A program made the position numbers and the translations under genes. From Promethearchaeota archaeon (GTDB lineage: Archaea; Asgardarchaeota; Lokiarchaeia; Sigyniarchaeales; SOKP01), in the NCBI GenBank assembly GCA_030603385.1, contig JAUVXW010000016.1, forward strand, positions 1-64,000: a stretch of DNA of 64,000 nucleotides. The letters are read 5' to 3'. Under the pieces are notes generated by a model, which was not told the DNA's origin, did no database searches, and saw only the letters and a program-made list of their open reading frames with translations. Below are positions 49,492-59,973 of the stretch, piece by piece; positions within the stretch are counted from its first letter, which is position 1; every line of letters starts with the position of its first letter.

Positions 49492-50124
49492 ATGGTTCGA
49501 ATATTATGTATAGGAGATTCTCATATACCTAATCGGGCTAAAGATCTTCCTGAAAAAATTTATATTAAGTTAGATAATTTAACCAAAGAGGGCCTTTTTG
49601 ACTTTACCTTCTTTACTGGGGATGTTATTAAATTCCCAAAATTATTAGACTCCTTGAACCTAAAGACTAAAAAAAAATTATATATAGTTATGGGAAATAT
49701 GGATTACTACTATGATAATCGAAATGCCCCAATATATCAAAAATTAGAGGTTATTTTTGAAGATAAAGATAAGATGACTTTAGGCTTAACACACGGAACA
49801 CAAATTAGACCGCGAGGAGACCATTCTCAATTAGAAAATCTTGCTATTGAAAAAAAATACAATATAATAGTTTCGGGTCATACACATAAAGAAGAGATTT
49901 TTCTTACAGATAAAGGAATTCTATTGATAAATCCAGGAAGTGTTACGGGAGCATGGTCATTTGTAGCTAGTGGTGTTCCTTCTTTTATTGAATTAAATGT
50001 AAATGAATCAACAAAAGAAATACTTATAGATCTTATTCAAATTGATAAACGTTCAAGAGAAATCATTGCTTTAAAAAGTAAATATTTCTTTCAAAATAAT
50101 CGAATTACTGATTCTCTAATCTAA
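49492..50124 (+). CDS. Vps29/MJ0936-like metallophosphoesterase
   Basis: IGDSHIPNRA..LP, TGD, GNMD, THG, SGHTH, INPGSVTGA..PSF. Confidence 0.88.
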   Translation: MVRILCIGDSHIPNRAKDLPEKIYIKLDNLTKEGLFDFTFFTGDVIKFPKLLDSLNLKTKKKLYIVMGNMDYYYDNRNAPIYQKLEVIFEDKDKMTLGLTHGTQIRPRGDHSQLENLAIEKKYNIIVSGHTHKEEIFLTDKGILLINPGSVTGAWSFVASGVPSFIELNVNESTKEILIDLIQIDKRSREIIALKSKYFFQNNRITDSLI

Positions 50125-50532
50125 AACAAGAATCTTAGGAAGTTTTAATAATACTCCAAGATTCCTCTTTCCATTTGAGCTTTTTGAAAATCTTAATTTT
50201 CTATATCCAAAACTATTTTTTTTCATCATCATATTGAGTATAGAATTCTCTCCATTTGAAAAGAATAACATATCTTCAGGAGTCATCATTAATTCTAAAT
50301 CATATTCCTCTAATCTTCCTCTATTTAAGGAGTAATTTCCTTCTTTTGCCAATAAATTTACCCAAAAATAGTAATCTTCATCAATTTGAAGACCTAAATT
50401 TATTTTTGCATTAAAATTATTTAGTAGTTTCTCATTTTTGGGATTCTTCTGTTTATCAATTATTATGCTTTCAATAGTTTGTTGAAATGTAATAAAAAGA
50501 TTTTCTTTTTCTTCTTCTTTCATTCCTACCAA
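50116..50532 (-). CDS. SCP2-like lipid-binding domain protein (divergent)
   Basis: Size and pattern (..GRLEEYDLELMMTPEDML..NG..) resemble SCP2 fold. Confidence 0.5.
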   Translation of the reverse strand: MVGMKEEEKENLFITFQQTIESIIIDKQKNPKNEKLLNNFNAKINLGLQIDEDYYFWVNLLAKEGNYSLNRGRLEEYDLELMMTPEDMLFFSNGENSILNMMMKKNSFGYRKLRFSKSSNGKRNLGVLLKLPKILVLD

Positions 50533-50713
50533 TTTCCTAATCTCTTAATTTTATTTTTGAATTAATTAAAGTACTAAAATTCTTGATATAATTTTTGATT
50601 TATGTTTTTATTAATTTATTAAATTTAATAAAAATAAAAATACTATTAACAAATTAAGCAAGAACTTCTAATTTTTAAATTTAAAACGCAAATTTTGAAG
50701 GTGAAAAATAAAA

Positions 50714-51913
50714 ATGTGGCATTTCTATTGCCCTAATATTACATATGGAGAGGACGCACTAAATTTTATAGAAAAAATCAAAGGTGAAAAATGCTTTATT
50801 GTGACTGATAAGGTTGTTGAAGAATTAGGTTATTTAAAGATTCTAACAGACAAACTTGATAATTTTGGAAAGAAATATACTGTATTTACTGATGTTATAC
50901 CAGATCCTCATGAAGAAGATGTAATTAAGGGTAAAGAAAAATGTATTGATTATGCACCTGATTTAATTATTGCATTAGGTGGGGGTTCTGTCATAGATAC
51001 TGCAAAAGCAATTTGGGTTATGTATGAATATCCAGATTATAACCTTGATAACATTAATCCCTTTGATGAAAAATTATATGATTTTGCAAATAAGGCAAAA
51101 ATGATTGCTATTCCAACTACTTCAGGAACAGGTTCGGAAGCTACATGGGCAGCAATTATTTCTAGATTTCAAGATGGTGCTTGGAGAAAGATGTCATTAC
51201 CCCATATGTCATTAGTTCCAACATATGCGATAGTAGACCCTATCTTTCCTAAGGGGATGCCTCCAGCCCTTACTGTTAACACAGCATTTGATGCATTAGC
51301 ACATGCTATAGAAGCATATATATCTAGTTGGAGAAATGAATTTTGTAATGCTTTAGGAATAAAAGCTATCGAACTTATTTTTAAGTATTTACCAATTGCC
51401 TATAAAGACGGAAATAATATGGAAGCTAGAGATTTTCTGCATCAAGCATCTACTATGGCAGGTTTAGCTTTTAGCAATTCTCAGCTTCATATAGGACATG
51501 CTATGGGTCATAGCTTAGCTGCTGTATTTCCCATTCCCCACGGTCAAACAGTAGGGCTTTTTCTTAAATATATTACACAATACTGTTTAAATGATCCAGG
51601 AGAGATTAATGAATCTATTGAAGTCTATTCAACTTTAGCAAAAAAATTGGGTTGGGCAAAATGGGATTATCCCCCTAAGAAAGCATCTTATATAGTAGTT
51701 GAAAAAATTAATGAACTCCAAGATAAAGTGGATTTTATCAAAAATATAAAAGATTTGGGAATAACTCAAGAAGATTTTAACAATAATTTAAATAAATTGA
51801 TTGGTTTATGTTATCAGGATCCGAGCAGTGTTATGGCCCCAAGAACCCCAAATAAAGAAGAATTTACTAAGCTTTATACTTATGCGTATGAGGGAAAAGA
51901 CATCGACTTTTAA
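50714..51913 (+). CDS. Iron-containing alcohol dehydrogenase
   Basis: ALGGGSVIDTAK, IPTTSGTGSE, DALAHAIE, HAMGH, PHG. Confidence 0.95.
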   Translation: MWHFYCPNITYGEDALNFIEKIKGEKCFIVTDKVVEELGYLKILTDKLDNFGKKYTVFTDVIPDPHEEDVIKGKEKCIDYAPDLIIALGGGSVIDTAKAIWVMYEYPDYNLDNINPFDEKLYDFANKAKMIAIPTTSGTGSEATWAAIISRFQDGAWRKMSLPHMSLVPTYAIVDPIFPKGMPPALTVNTAFDALAHAIEAYISSWRNEFCNALGIKAIELIFKYLPIAYKDGNNMEARDFLHQASTMAGLAFSNSQLHIGHAMGHSLAAVFPIPHGQTVGLFLKYITQYCLNDPGEINESIEVYSTLAKKLGWAKWDYPPKKASYIVVEKINELQDKVDFIKNIKDLGITQEDFNNNLNKLIGLCYQDPSSVMAPRTPNKEEFTKLYTYAYEGKDIDF

Positions 51914-52084
51914 ATTTTAATTTTTCTTTACTTTTTTTTAATGTCTGTTTTAATAATTTTGCATTTTTTCTTCAATACAACTAAAAATTTTTACTGATAA
52001 AAATAAATATAGCGAGATGATATTATCTTTTTATAGCAATCTTAAATATAGAATTATTAGAAAATTAATAGATTATAAATAAAT

Positions 52085-53818
52085 ATGAACATTCCTGAGA
52101 TGGAAAGAGAAGCACTAGAAATATTGGAAGCGCAGATTGAAGGTACTATGCCGGAGATCTCAGAGTTAGAGCGTTATAAGCTTGGTTTTTGCATGTTAGA
52201 TGGGCATGTTACGGGTTTGAGTCTCTTTTCTTGTGGGTTATCTTACATTCCAAAAACAATTGAGTCTTTGTCTTTTATAAAAGAAATCTATTTAAGAGGT
52301 AACATCTTAAGTTCGATTCCTGATGAATTATGCTCTTTACCTGTTCTACAAATACTTGATATCAGCGAAAATCGTTTGAATAAATTACCAGAATTAATAA
52401 GATCCCTTTCAGCTCTTAAAGAGCTGCATTTGGAATCAAATCATTTGAAAAATTTACCAAACTCAATAGGTGATCTTAGATCCTTAGAGATCCTAGATTT
52501 AAGCGAAAATGAATTAATTGATCTTCCATCTACTTTGGGAAGTTTAGATAAATTAAAAACCTTAGATTTAAGTAATAATGAAATAGTGGAATTACCGGAT
52601 TCTATAGGGAAGCTTAATTCACTGGAAACATTTTATTTAGGAAATAATAAATTGAATAATCTTCCTGAATCAATTGGTTCATTACCATCCCTTAAAAGAC
52701 TAAATCTTAGAAATAATAAATTAATAAGTCTTCCAGAGTCCATTGGAGAACTAGTTACTTTAACTTCATTATTTTTAAAAGGAAACTTTTTAAAAAGCTT
52801 GCCAAGTTCAATCAGAAAATTAAATTGTTTGAAATATCTGGGATTAGCATCGAATCAAATAAATTCACTGCCTAATACTATTGGTTCACTTTCTTCTCTG
52901 GAGAATTTAACTATATCATCGAATGAACTACTCGAACTACCTTCTTCAATAGGATCTCTTAAAAAGCTGTTAAGGCTTGAATTAACTGATAATAAACTAC
53001 AGAATTTACCTGATTCGATTGGTGGTCTTTCTTCTCTAAATATACTTAGGTGTGACCGAAATCAAATAAATAAAATTCCAGACTCAATTGGAGAATTGAA
53101 TTCACTTGAATCATTAAAATTGGATATTAATGCTATAAATAGTTTACCAGATAGTATTGGTAAATTAAAACTTTTAAAAGAATTAATTCTGTATGATAAC
53201 AAATTGGCTGATCTCCCAGAGTCCATTGGAAATCTTTCATCATTAGAAGTATTAGATTTGAGTAAAAATGAATTAACAAAGCTTCCTGAATCGATTGGTT
53301 CACTTGATTCACTTTTAGATATAGATATATCTACAAACAAATTGACATATATCCCTCCTTCAATAGGAGCTTTATCACTGCTAAAAAGTTTAATTTTAGG
53401 TTTTAATCGATTAGTAGATGTTCCAAAATCAATAGGTTTTCTCACTACATTGGAAGTTTTAGATTTAGGTAAAAATCGTTTAAGTTTTATTCCAGAGACT
53501 TTAGGATCTCTAACATCTCTTAAGCATTTATATCTCTATTATAATGAATTGAGTAGCGTTCCAGAATCTATAGGGTCTTTACAATCATTAAAATACTTAT
53601 ATTTAGGAAATAACAAACTAATAATACTTCCAGAATCAATTGGAAGATTAAAATCTCTAAAATATTTATTCTTAAGAGCAAATTATTTAGCTGAATTACC
53701 AGAATCACTAGAATTACTCCCATCCTTAAAATATTTAAATATTGAAAAAAATAATCTTAAGGGTTATCTTGATTTTTTACATAAATTAGAAGTTAGAGGA
53801 ATTAAAATTTTGAAATAA
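52085..53818 (+). CDS. Leucine-rich repeat protein (22 full 23-aa repeats + 1 partial)
   Basis: Consensus sLxxLxLxxNxLxxLPeSIGxLx repeated without indels. Confidence 0.95.
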   Translation: MNIPEMEREALEILEAQIEGTMPEISELERYKLGFCMLDGHVTGLSLFSCGLSYIPKTIESLSFIKEIYLRGNILSSIPDELCSLPVLQILDISENRLNKLPELIRSLSALKELHLESNHLKNLPNSIGDLRSLEILDLSENELIDLPSTLGSLDKLKTLDLSNNEIVELPDSIGKLNSLETFYLGNNKLNNLPESIGSLPSLKRLNLRNNKLISLPESIGELVTLTSLFLKGNFLKSLPSSIRKLNCLKYLGLASNQINSLPNTIGSLSSLENLTISSNELLELPSSIGSLKKLLRLELTDNKLQNLPDSIGGLSSLNILRCDRNQINKIPDSIGELNSLESLKLDINAINSLPDSIGKLKLLKELILYDNKLADLPESIGNLSSLEVLDLSKNELTKLPESIGSLDSLLDIDISTNKLTYIPPSIGALSLLKSLILGFNRLVDVPKSIGFLTTLEVLDLGKNRLSFIPETLGSLTSLKHLYLYYNELSSVPESIGSLQSLKYLYLGNNKLIILPESIGRLKSLKYLFLRANYLAELPESLELLPSLKYLNIEKNNLKGYLDFLHKLEVRGIKILK

Positions 53819-53942
53819 TAACCTTTCCTTCTTCCTTATTCTCTTCGTGAAAATGTATTTCAAAATGAACAAATTCAAAATAAGGAGAAACATTATTCTT
53901 TTTAAGATAGGTATCTAAAAAATAATATAATTTAAATATTAA

Positions 53943-55982
53943 ATGCCGTTAGATAAAAGTATGGATATTTCAAAAGCGATGAGTATTAAATTATCTTCCG
54001 AGCTACCATCATATCCAAAATTCATTGAGGGAATAAGACGAGCACCATCAAGAGGTTATCTACTTAATCCTTCACAAACAAAATTAGCGTTAAAGAATGC
54101 ATTAAGATATATTCCTACATCTTTACATGAAAAAGTGGCATCAGAATTCTTAGAAGAATTAATAACAAGGGGCAGAATCTATGGTTATAGATTCAGACCT
54201 GAAGGAAATATAAAAGCTAAACCTATCAACGAATATGTTGGAAATATACTTGAATGTAAAGCCTTACAAGTTATGATTGATAACAATCTCGATTTTGACG
54301 TGGCTCTTTATCCATATGAATTGACAACTTATGGTGAAACTGGGCAAGTTTTTCAAAATTGGATGCAATTTAAATTAGTTAAAATTTATCTGGAACAAAT
54401 GACTGAAAATCAAACACTAATTATAGCCTCTGGGCATCCAGTTGGACTTTTTCCTACATCATTACATGCTCCTAGAGTAATTTCAACTAATGGTTTAATG
54501 GTGGGTATGTTTGACAACGCAGACGATTTCGCAATAGCAGCAGCTATGGGTGTAGCTAATTATGGCCAAATGACAGCCGGTGGATGGATGTATATCGGTC
54601 CTCAAGGAATTGTGCATGGTACTTATATTACGTTACTAAATGCAGGAAGGTTATACCTAAATATACCTCAAAATGAAGATTTAAAAGGTATTTTATACAT
54701 TTCATCTGGACTTGGTGGAATGAGTGGAGCACAAGCGAAAGCAGTGGAAATTGCTGGTGGAATCGGTGTTATTGCTGAAGTAGATAAATCAAGGATAAAA
54801 ACAAGATATGATCAAGGATGGATTTCTAAAATTTCTGATGATTTGGACGAGATCTTTCAATGGGTTGAAAATGCGAGAAAATCTGGTGGACCACTCTCAA
54901 TAGCATATCATGGAAATGTTGTTAATCTTTGGAAATATATAGTAGAAAATAACATCATGGTAGAACTGGCATCTGATCAAACTTCCTGCCATGCCGTTTA
55001 CGAAGGTGGATATACTCCGTTTCAAATTAGTTTTAAAGAAGGTAGAGATTTGATTAAAAATGATATTGATCGATTTAAACAATTGGTTGATGAATCTTTG
55101 AAGGAGCAATTTAAACTTATTAATATAATGACTAAAAAGGGTACTTATTTTTGGGATTATGGTAATTCTTTTCTGAAGGCAGTATACGATGCAGGAGTCA
55201 AAGAAATAGCAAAGAATCAAACTAATCCCTCTGAAGGATTTATTTTTCCATCTTATGTAGAGGATATAATGGGGCCTATATGTTTTGATTATGGCTATGG
55301 ACCTTTTAGATGGGTTTGCCTTTCTGGAAAAGAAGAGGATTTAGATAAAACTGATCAAACTGCAATGATTTCTATTAACCCAGAAAGAAGAGCTCAAGAT
55401 AGAGACAATTATATTTGGATAAGAGACGCAAAAAAAAATAATCTAGTAGTAGGTACAAAAGCTAGAATATTATATGCTGATGCTGAAGAGAGAATTGAAA
55501 TAGCATTAAAATTTAATAGTTTAGTAAGAAGAGGAAAAGTTGGACCTATAATGCTCGGAAGGGATCACCATGATGTTTCTGGAACAGATTCACCTTTCAG
55601 AGAAACATCTAACATAAGAGATGGAAGTAATGTGATGGCAGAAATGGCTATACACTGCTTCACGGGAAATGCAATCAGAGGTATGACTTATGTAGTTCTT
55701 TCCAATGGTGGTGGAGTGGGCATAGGGAAATGCTTTAATGGCGGATTTGGGTTGGTGTTAGATGGCTCTGAAAAAGTTGATAATGTAATAAGGAATTCTG
55801 TTGAATGGGATGTCATGGGTGGAATTGCAAGAAGAAGTTGGGCTAGAAATCCTCATGCTTATGAAACAGCATATAATTGGAATATTAAGAACAAAGAAAA
55901 AGGTCATATTACCCTTCCATTCATTGCAGAAGATAAGATTTTAGATAATATAGTAGAAAATTTCTTTGAAAAACTTAAATAA
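53943..55982 (+). CDS. hutU: Urocanate hydratase (long, eukaryote/Bacteroidota-like form)
   Basis: YGQMTAGGWMYIGPQGIVHGT, GLGGMSGAQ, SDQTSCH, GRDHHDVSGTDSPFRET. Confidence 0.97.
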   Translation: MPLDKSMDISKAMSIKLSSELPSYPKFIEGIRRAPSRGYLLNPSQTKLALKNALRYIPTSLHEKVASEFLEELITRGRIYGYRFRPEGNIKAKPINEYVGNILECKALQVMIDNNLDFDVALYPYELTTYGETGQVFQNWMQFKLVKIYLEQMTENQTLIIASGHPVGLFPTSLHAPRVISTNGLMVGMFDNADDFAIAAAMGVANYGQMTAGGWMYIGPQGIVHGTYITLLNAGRLYLNIPQNEDLKGILYISSGLGGMSGAQAKAVEIAGGIGVIAEVDKSRIKTRYDQGWISKISDDLDEIFQWVENARKSGGPLSIAYHGNVVNLWKYIVENNIMVELASDQTSCHAVYEGGYTPFQISFKEGRDLIKNDIDRFKQLVDESLKEQFKLINIMTKKGTYFWDYGNSFLKAVYDAGVKEIAKNQTNPSEGFIFPSYVEDIMGPICFDYGYGPFRWVCLSGKEEDLDKTDQTAMISINPERRAQDRDNYIWIRDAKKNNLVVGTKARILYADAEERIEIALKFNSLVRRGKVGPIMLGRDHHDVSGTDSPFRETSNIRDGSNVMAEMAIHCFTGNAIRGMTYVVLSNGGGVGIGKCFNGGFGLVLDGSEKVDNVIRNSVEWDVMGGIARRSWARNPHAYETAYNWNIKNKEKGHITLPFIAEDKILDNIVENFFEKLK

Positions 55983-56040
55983 AAATTAAAGGTCCATTAA
56001 CTTATTTACGAGCATGATAAAGAATTAAAGGGGAGACTTT

Positions 56041-57552
56041 ATGGAAAACAATTTTCGATATGGAATAGATAAGTTAACAGTAAATATAGCATTGAAAATA
56101 GCTCACGATCAAATAAGAGGTGTTTTAACAAAAGAAACAAAGGCAAAAATAGAAAAGAGTTTTAAAGCAGTTCAATCAATAGCTAAAGGAGATCGATTAG
56201 TGTATAGCATTAATACAGGATTTGGATCACTGTGTACTACTAAAATTTCAATGGAAGAAACAGGAATGTTACAGGAAAATCTTCTTAAAAGCCATAGTGT
56301 AGGTGTAGGTTCTCCAATAGACAAAGAACTTTCAAAATTAATGTTAATTCTAAAAGTACAAGCTCTTTCTAAAGGTTATTCTGGAAGCTCATTACAAGTT
56401 GTGGAAAGAATTTGTTGGCATATTGAAAATAATTATATTCCATTAGTACCTGAGCAAGGTTCAGTTGGGGCTTCAGGAGATTTGGCACCATTAGCACATT
56501 TATTTCTACCATTGATTGGATTAGGTTACTTAACAAGGGATGGCAGATCTTACATTGAATCTGAAAAAGTTTTAAAAGAACATAACTTAGAACCTCTAAA
56601 ATTACAAGCAAAAGAGGGGTTAGCTTTAATCAACGGAACTCAATTTATTGCTGCTCATGCTATAAAAATTGTTGAAGATTTTTCAAGGGCTCTTGATCAC
56701 GCTGATCTTATTGGTGCTTTAACTCTTGAGAGTTACCTAGCATCTCCGCAACCTTTTGCTGAGAAATTAATAGAATTAAGACCGCATAGAGGAAGTTTAT
56801 TGGTAGCAAAAAGGATGAGAAGATTTTTACAAAATTCTCAATTAGTAGAATCCCATAAAGATTGCGGGCGAGTTCAAGATCCTTATTCCATAAGATGTAT
56901 TCCCCAAGTTCACGGTGCATCAAGAGATGCACTATACCATTTAAATGAGAAATTAGAGTGTGAGTTAAATTCTGTTACCGATAACCCAATCATTTTTAGT
57001 GAAAATGAAACATATAGTGGAGGAAATTTTCATGGACAACCGCTTGCTTTACCTTTAGATTATGTGAGTCTGGCTGCATCTGAAATTGGAAATATATCTG
57101 ATCGTCGAGTTTTTTTGTTACTCGAAGGGAAATGGGGATTACCTTCCTGCTTAATCAAGGATGCAGGATTAAACTCTGGTTTCATGATGATACAATATAC
57201 TTCAGCGGCTCTAGCTAGCGAAAACAAATCTCTTTGCTTTCCTGCCAGTGCAGATAGTATTCCTACAGGAGGAGGACAAGAAGACCATGTAAGTATGGGT
57301 TCAATTAGTGCAAGAAAAGCTCTTAGAATTATTAACAACCTCGAAAATATTCTTGCTGTTGAACTCCTATGCGCAGCACAAGCATTTGATTTTAGAAGAC
57401 CCTTGAAATCCAGTAAAATTATAGAAGAATGCCACAAGTACATACGAGACAAGATACCTCATATTTCTGAAGATAGAATTTTATCTAAATATATTAACTC
57501 TGCAAGAGAAATTATAAAGAGTAATGAATTATTAAAAATTGCCCAAAAATAA
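56041..57552 (+). CDS. hutH: Histidine ammonia-lyase
   Basis: INTGFG, GSVGASGDLAPL (MIO), QDPYSIRC, GGNFHG, QEDHVSMG. Confidence 0.97.
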   Translation: MENNFRYGIDKLTVNIALKIAHDQIRGVLTKETKAKIEKSFKAVQSIAKGDRLVYSINTGFGSLCTTKISMEETGMLQENLLKSHSVGVGSPIDKELSKLMLILKVQALSKGYSGSSLQVVERICWHIENNYIPLVPEQGSVGASGDLAPLAHLFLPLIGLGYLTRDGRSYIESEKVLKEHNLEPLKLQAKEGLALINGTQFIAAHAIKIVEDFSRALDHADLIGALTLESYLASPQPFAEKLIELRPHRGSLLVAKRMRRFLQNSQLVESHKDCGRVQDPYSIRCIPQVHGASRDALYHLNEKLECELNSVTDNPIIFSENETYSGGNFHGQPLALPLDYVSLAASEIGNISDRRVFLLLEGKWGLPSCLIKDAGLNSGFMMIQYTSAALASENKSLCFPASADSIPTGGGQEDHVSMGSISARKALRIINNLENILAVELLCAAQAFDFRRPLKSSKIIEECHKYIRDKIPHISEDRILSKYINSAREIIKSNELLKIAQK

Positions 57553-57568
57553 TTAGAGTTGTACTGAT

Positions 57569-58873
57569 TTGTTTGTAGCATCGACTTATGTGAAAAAAGA
57601 AATGTTTTTAGAAAGTGAACCCGATCTTGTGATTATTCATGCAAATGAATTAATTACGATGAATACTGCTTTTGGAGCTCCAAGAAAAGGCGAAAGTATG
57701 TCAGAACTGGCTATTTTTTATGATGGCGCGATAGCAATTAAAGATGACAGAATTATTTTTGTAGGAAGTACTGACGAATTAATGTCAAAATTTTCCTTTG
57801 GAGAAATAACAAGAAAGATAGATGCTTCGAATAAACTAGTTACACCTGGATTTGTCGATCCCCATACACACATTATCTTTGATGGGACTAGAGAAAATGA
57901 ATTATCTATGAAACTAAAGGGAAAATCATATCTCGAAATTCTCAAGGAAGGAGGGGGTATATTAAAAACTGTTCGAGAAACAAGGAATGCTCCAATAGAG
58001 AAATTAATAGAAAACGGTAAAAAAATTTTATATCGAATGATCTCGTATGGTACAACTACTCTTGAAACAAAATCAGGTTACGGGCTAACTACTGAAAGTG
58101 AAATAAAAATTTTGAAAGCTATTAAGGTTTTAAATGAAGTACACCCTATAGATATAGTTTCAACTTTTTTAGGTGCCCATGCGATACCAACGGAATACGA
58201 AAATAGAGCAAATGAGTATGTTGATCTCATAATTTCTGAAATGATTCCGAGAATTGTTAAAGAAAATCTTGCTGAATTTTGTGATGTATTTTGTGAAAAA
58301 GGTATATTTTCTATAAAACAAACAAGAAAAATATTAGAAACTGCTAAGAGATATGGATTAACTCCTCAAATTCATATCGATGAGATTGTAGATACATACG
58401 GTGCGAAGTTAGCGGCAGATATAAATGCTATTCAAGCAGGACATTTATTAAAATCAAACGATGAAGGTTTAAAAGCAATGGCAGAAGCTGATGTTATTGC
58501 TACACTCTTACCTGGGACCCCTTTCTGTTTAATGTCTAATGAATATGCACCAGCTAGAAAAATGATTGATCTAGGTATACCTATTGCTTTAGCAACGGAT
58601 TTAAATCCTAATTGTTGGACGGAATCAATGCAAATGATTATTGCATTAGCTTGTTATAATATGCGACTCTCACCTGCAGAAGCATTAGCTGCTTCTACTA
58701 TAAACAGTGCTTGCGCACTCCAAAGGCAAGATGAGATTGGAAGCTTAGAAATTGGTAAAAAGGCGGATTTAATTATATTTGATGTTCCTAATCATAATTT
58801 TCTTCCTTACCAATTTGGTGTAAACTTAGTGTCAATGGTTGTAAAAAACGGGAAGGTTGTGGTTGATATTTAG
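57569..58873 (+). CDS. hutI: Imidazolonepropionase
   Basis: PGFVDPHTH, GGGI, KSGYGL, FLGAHA, DVFCE, ATDLNP. Confidence 0.97.
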   Translation: MFVASTYVKKEMFLESEPDLVIIHANELITMNTAFGAPRKGESMSELAIFYDGAIAIKDDRIIFVGSTDELMSKFSFGEITRKIDASNKLVTPGFVDPHTHIIFDGTRENELSMKLKGKSYLEILKEGGGILKTVRETRNAPIEKLIENGKKILYRMISYGTTTLETKSGYGLTTESEIKILKAIKVLNEVHPIDIVSTFLGAHAIPTEYENRANEYVDLIISEMIPRIVKENLAEFCDVFCEKGIFSIKQTRKILETAKRYGLTPQIHIDEIVDTYGAKLAADINAIQAGHLLKSNDEGLKAMAEADVIATLLPGTPFCLMSNEYAPARKMIDLGIPIALATDLNPNCWTESMQMIIALACYNMRLSPAEALAASTINSACALQRQDEIGSLEIGKKADLIIFDVPNHNFLPYQFGVNLVSMVVKNGKVVVDI

Positions 58874-58891
58874 AATATAACCTCGAAAATT

Positions 58892-59809
58892 TTAAAAATC
58901 AAAATAATGCTCTAATAAATGCTTTTCTTCGAGCTTTTGAGGGGTGTCAAGTTGTAAATAATACTCTAAAGAGGTTAACACAGCATCTAAAGGTAAAACC
59001 CCTACTAACTCTGTTCCAATAATTGACACGCCATAACGAGCAGCTTCAATTCTTACAAGCTCCATTTGTCTATAAAGAGGTGTTTTCCTATAATTAATAT
59101 TACTAATCCCAACTTGAACGTAGTTTTTTTTAGCTAGTTCTGTTCCCATTGCTTTAATGTTAACTAAACCACCAGAGCGAAGATGAATAGCTTTTGCAAC
59201 TTTTTTAGCCACTTTGATATCTTTTGTTCCTAGATTAATGTTAAAGCTTATTAATGGAGGTCTAGCACCTGTTATCATAGCACCTGCAGTAGGATGAAGC
59301 TCAGGTGGACCAAAATCAGGTTTTCTTTCAGGATCGGTTTTAATACTCTCCTTTAGTCCTTCATATTCTCCTACACGAATGTTATCAATGTTTTTTCTTT
59401 CCATTTTTCTTGCTGATTCTTCATAAAGGTATACGGGAATTCCTTCTTGTGCCATAGTTTCAGCAAACTTGATAGATAAATCAATGCATTCTTCTATACT
59501 GACATTCTGTGCGGGAACAAAAGGAACAACATCAATTGCTCCAATCCGAGGATGTTGCCCTTTATGTTTATTCATATCAATTAAATCAATTGCTTTCTTA
59601 GCAGCAACCACATTGGCTTTTAAAACCGCATCAGGCGTTCCCACAAAGGTAACAACTGCTCTATTATAATCTGTATCGTACTGAACATCAACAATACGTG
59701 TATTAGGGGTGTTCTTAATTTCCTTTACAATTTCTTCAATTTTCTCTCCATCAACCCCCTCACTATAGTTTGGGACAGATTCTATAATTTTCTTTTTTCC
59801 TTTCTCCAT
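58892..59809 (-). CDS. ftcd: Glutamate formimidoyltransferase (stand-alone FT domain of FTCD)
   Basis: ESVPNYSEG, NRAVVT, GQHPRIGAIDVVPFVP, PDFGP, HPTAGA..GAR. Confidence 0.93.
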   Translation of the reverse strand: MEKGKKKIIESVPNYSEGVDGEKIEEIVKEIKNTPNTRIVDVQYDTDYNRAVVTFVGTPDAVLKANVVAAKKAIDLIDMNKHKGQHPRIGAIDVVPFVPAQNVSIEECIDLSIKFAETMAQEGIPVYLYEESARKMERKNIDNIRVGEYEGLKESIKTDPERKPDFGPPELHPTAGAMITGARPPLISFNINLGTKDIKVAKKVAKAIHLRSGGLVNIKAMGTELAKKNYVQVGISNINYRKTPLYRQMELVRIEAARYGVSIIGTELVGVLPLDAVLTSLEYYLQLDTPQKLEEKHLLEHYFDF

Positions 59810-59973
59810 AAAACCAGCCTTTATTAAAAAAATCTAAAGTTAATATAATATTTATGAAAAGGTAAAATTAAATTTTATCTATAATGAGTAGACTTTTTTA
59901 TAATAAGTTTTATCAGTGAATTAATACAAATCTATATATTTCTTCTAACTTTAAAAGTTTAAATTCATATAAA

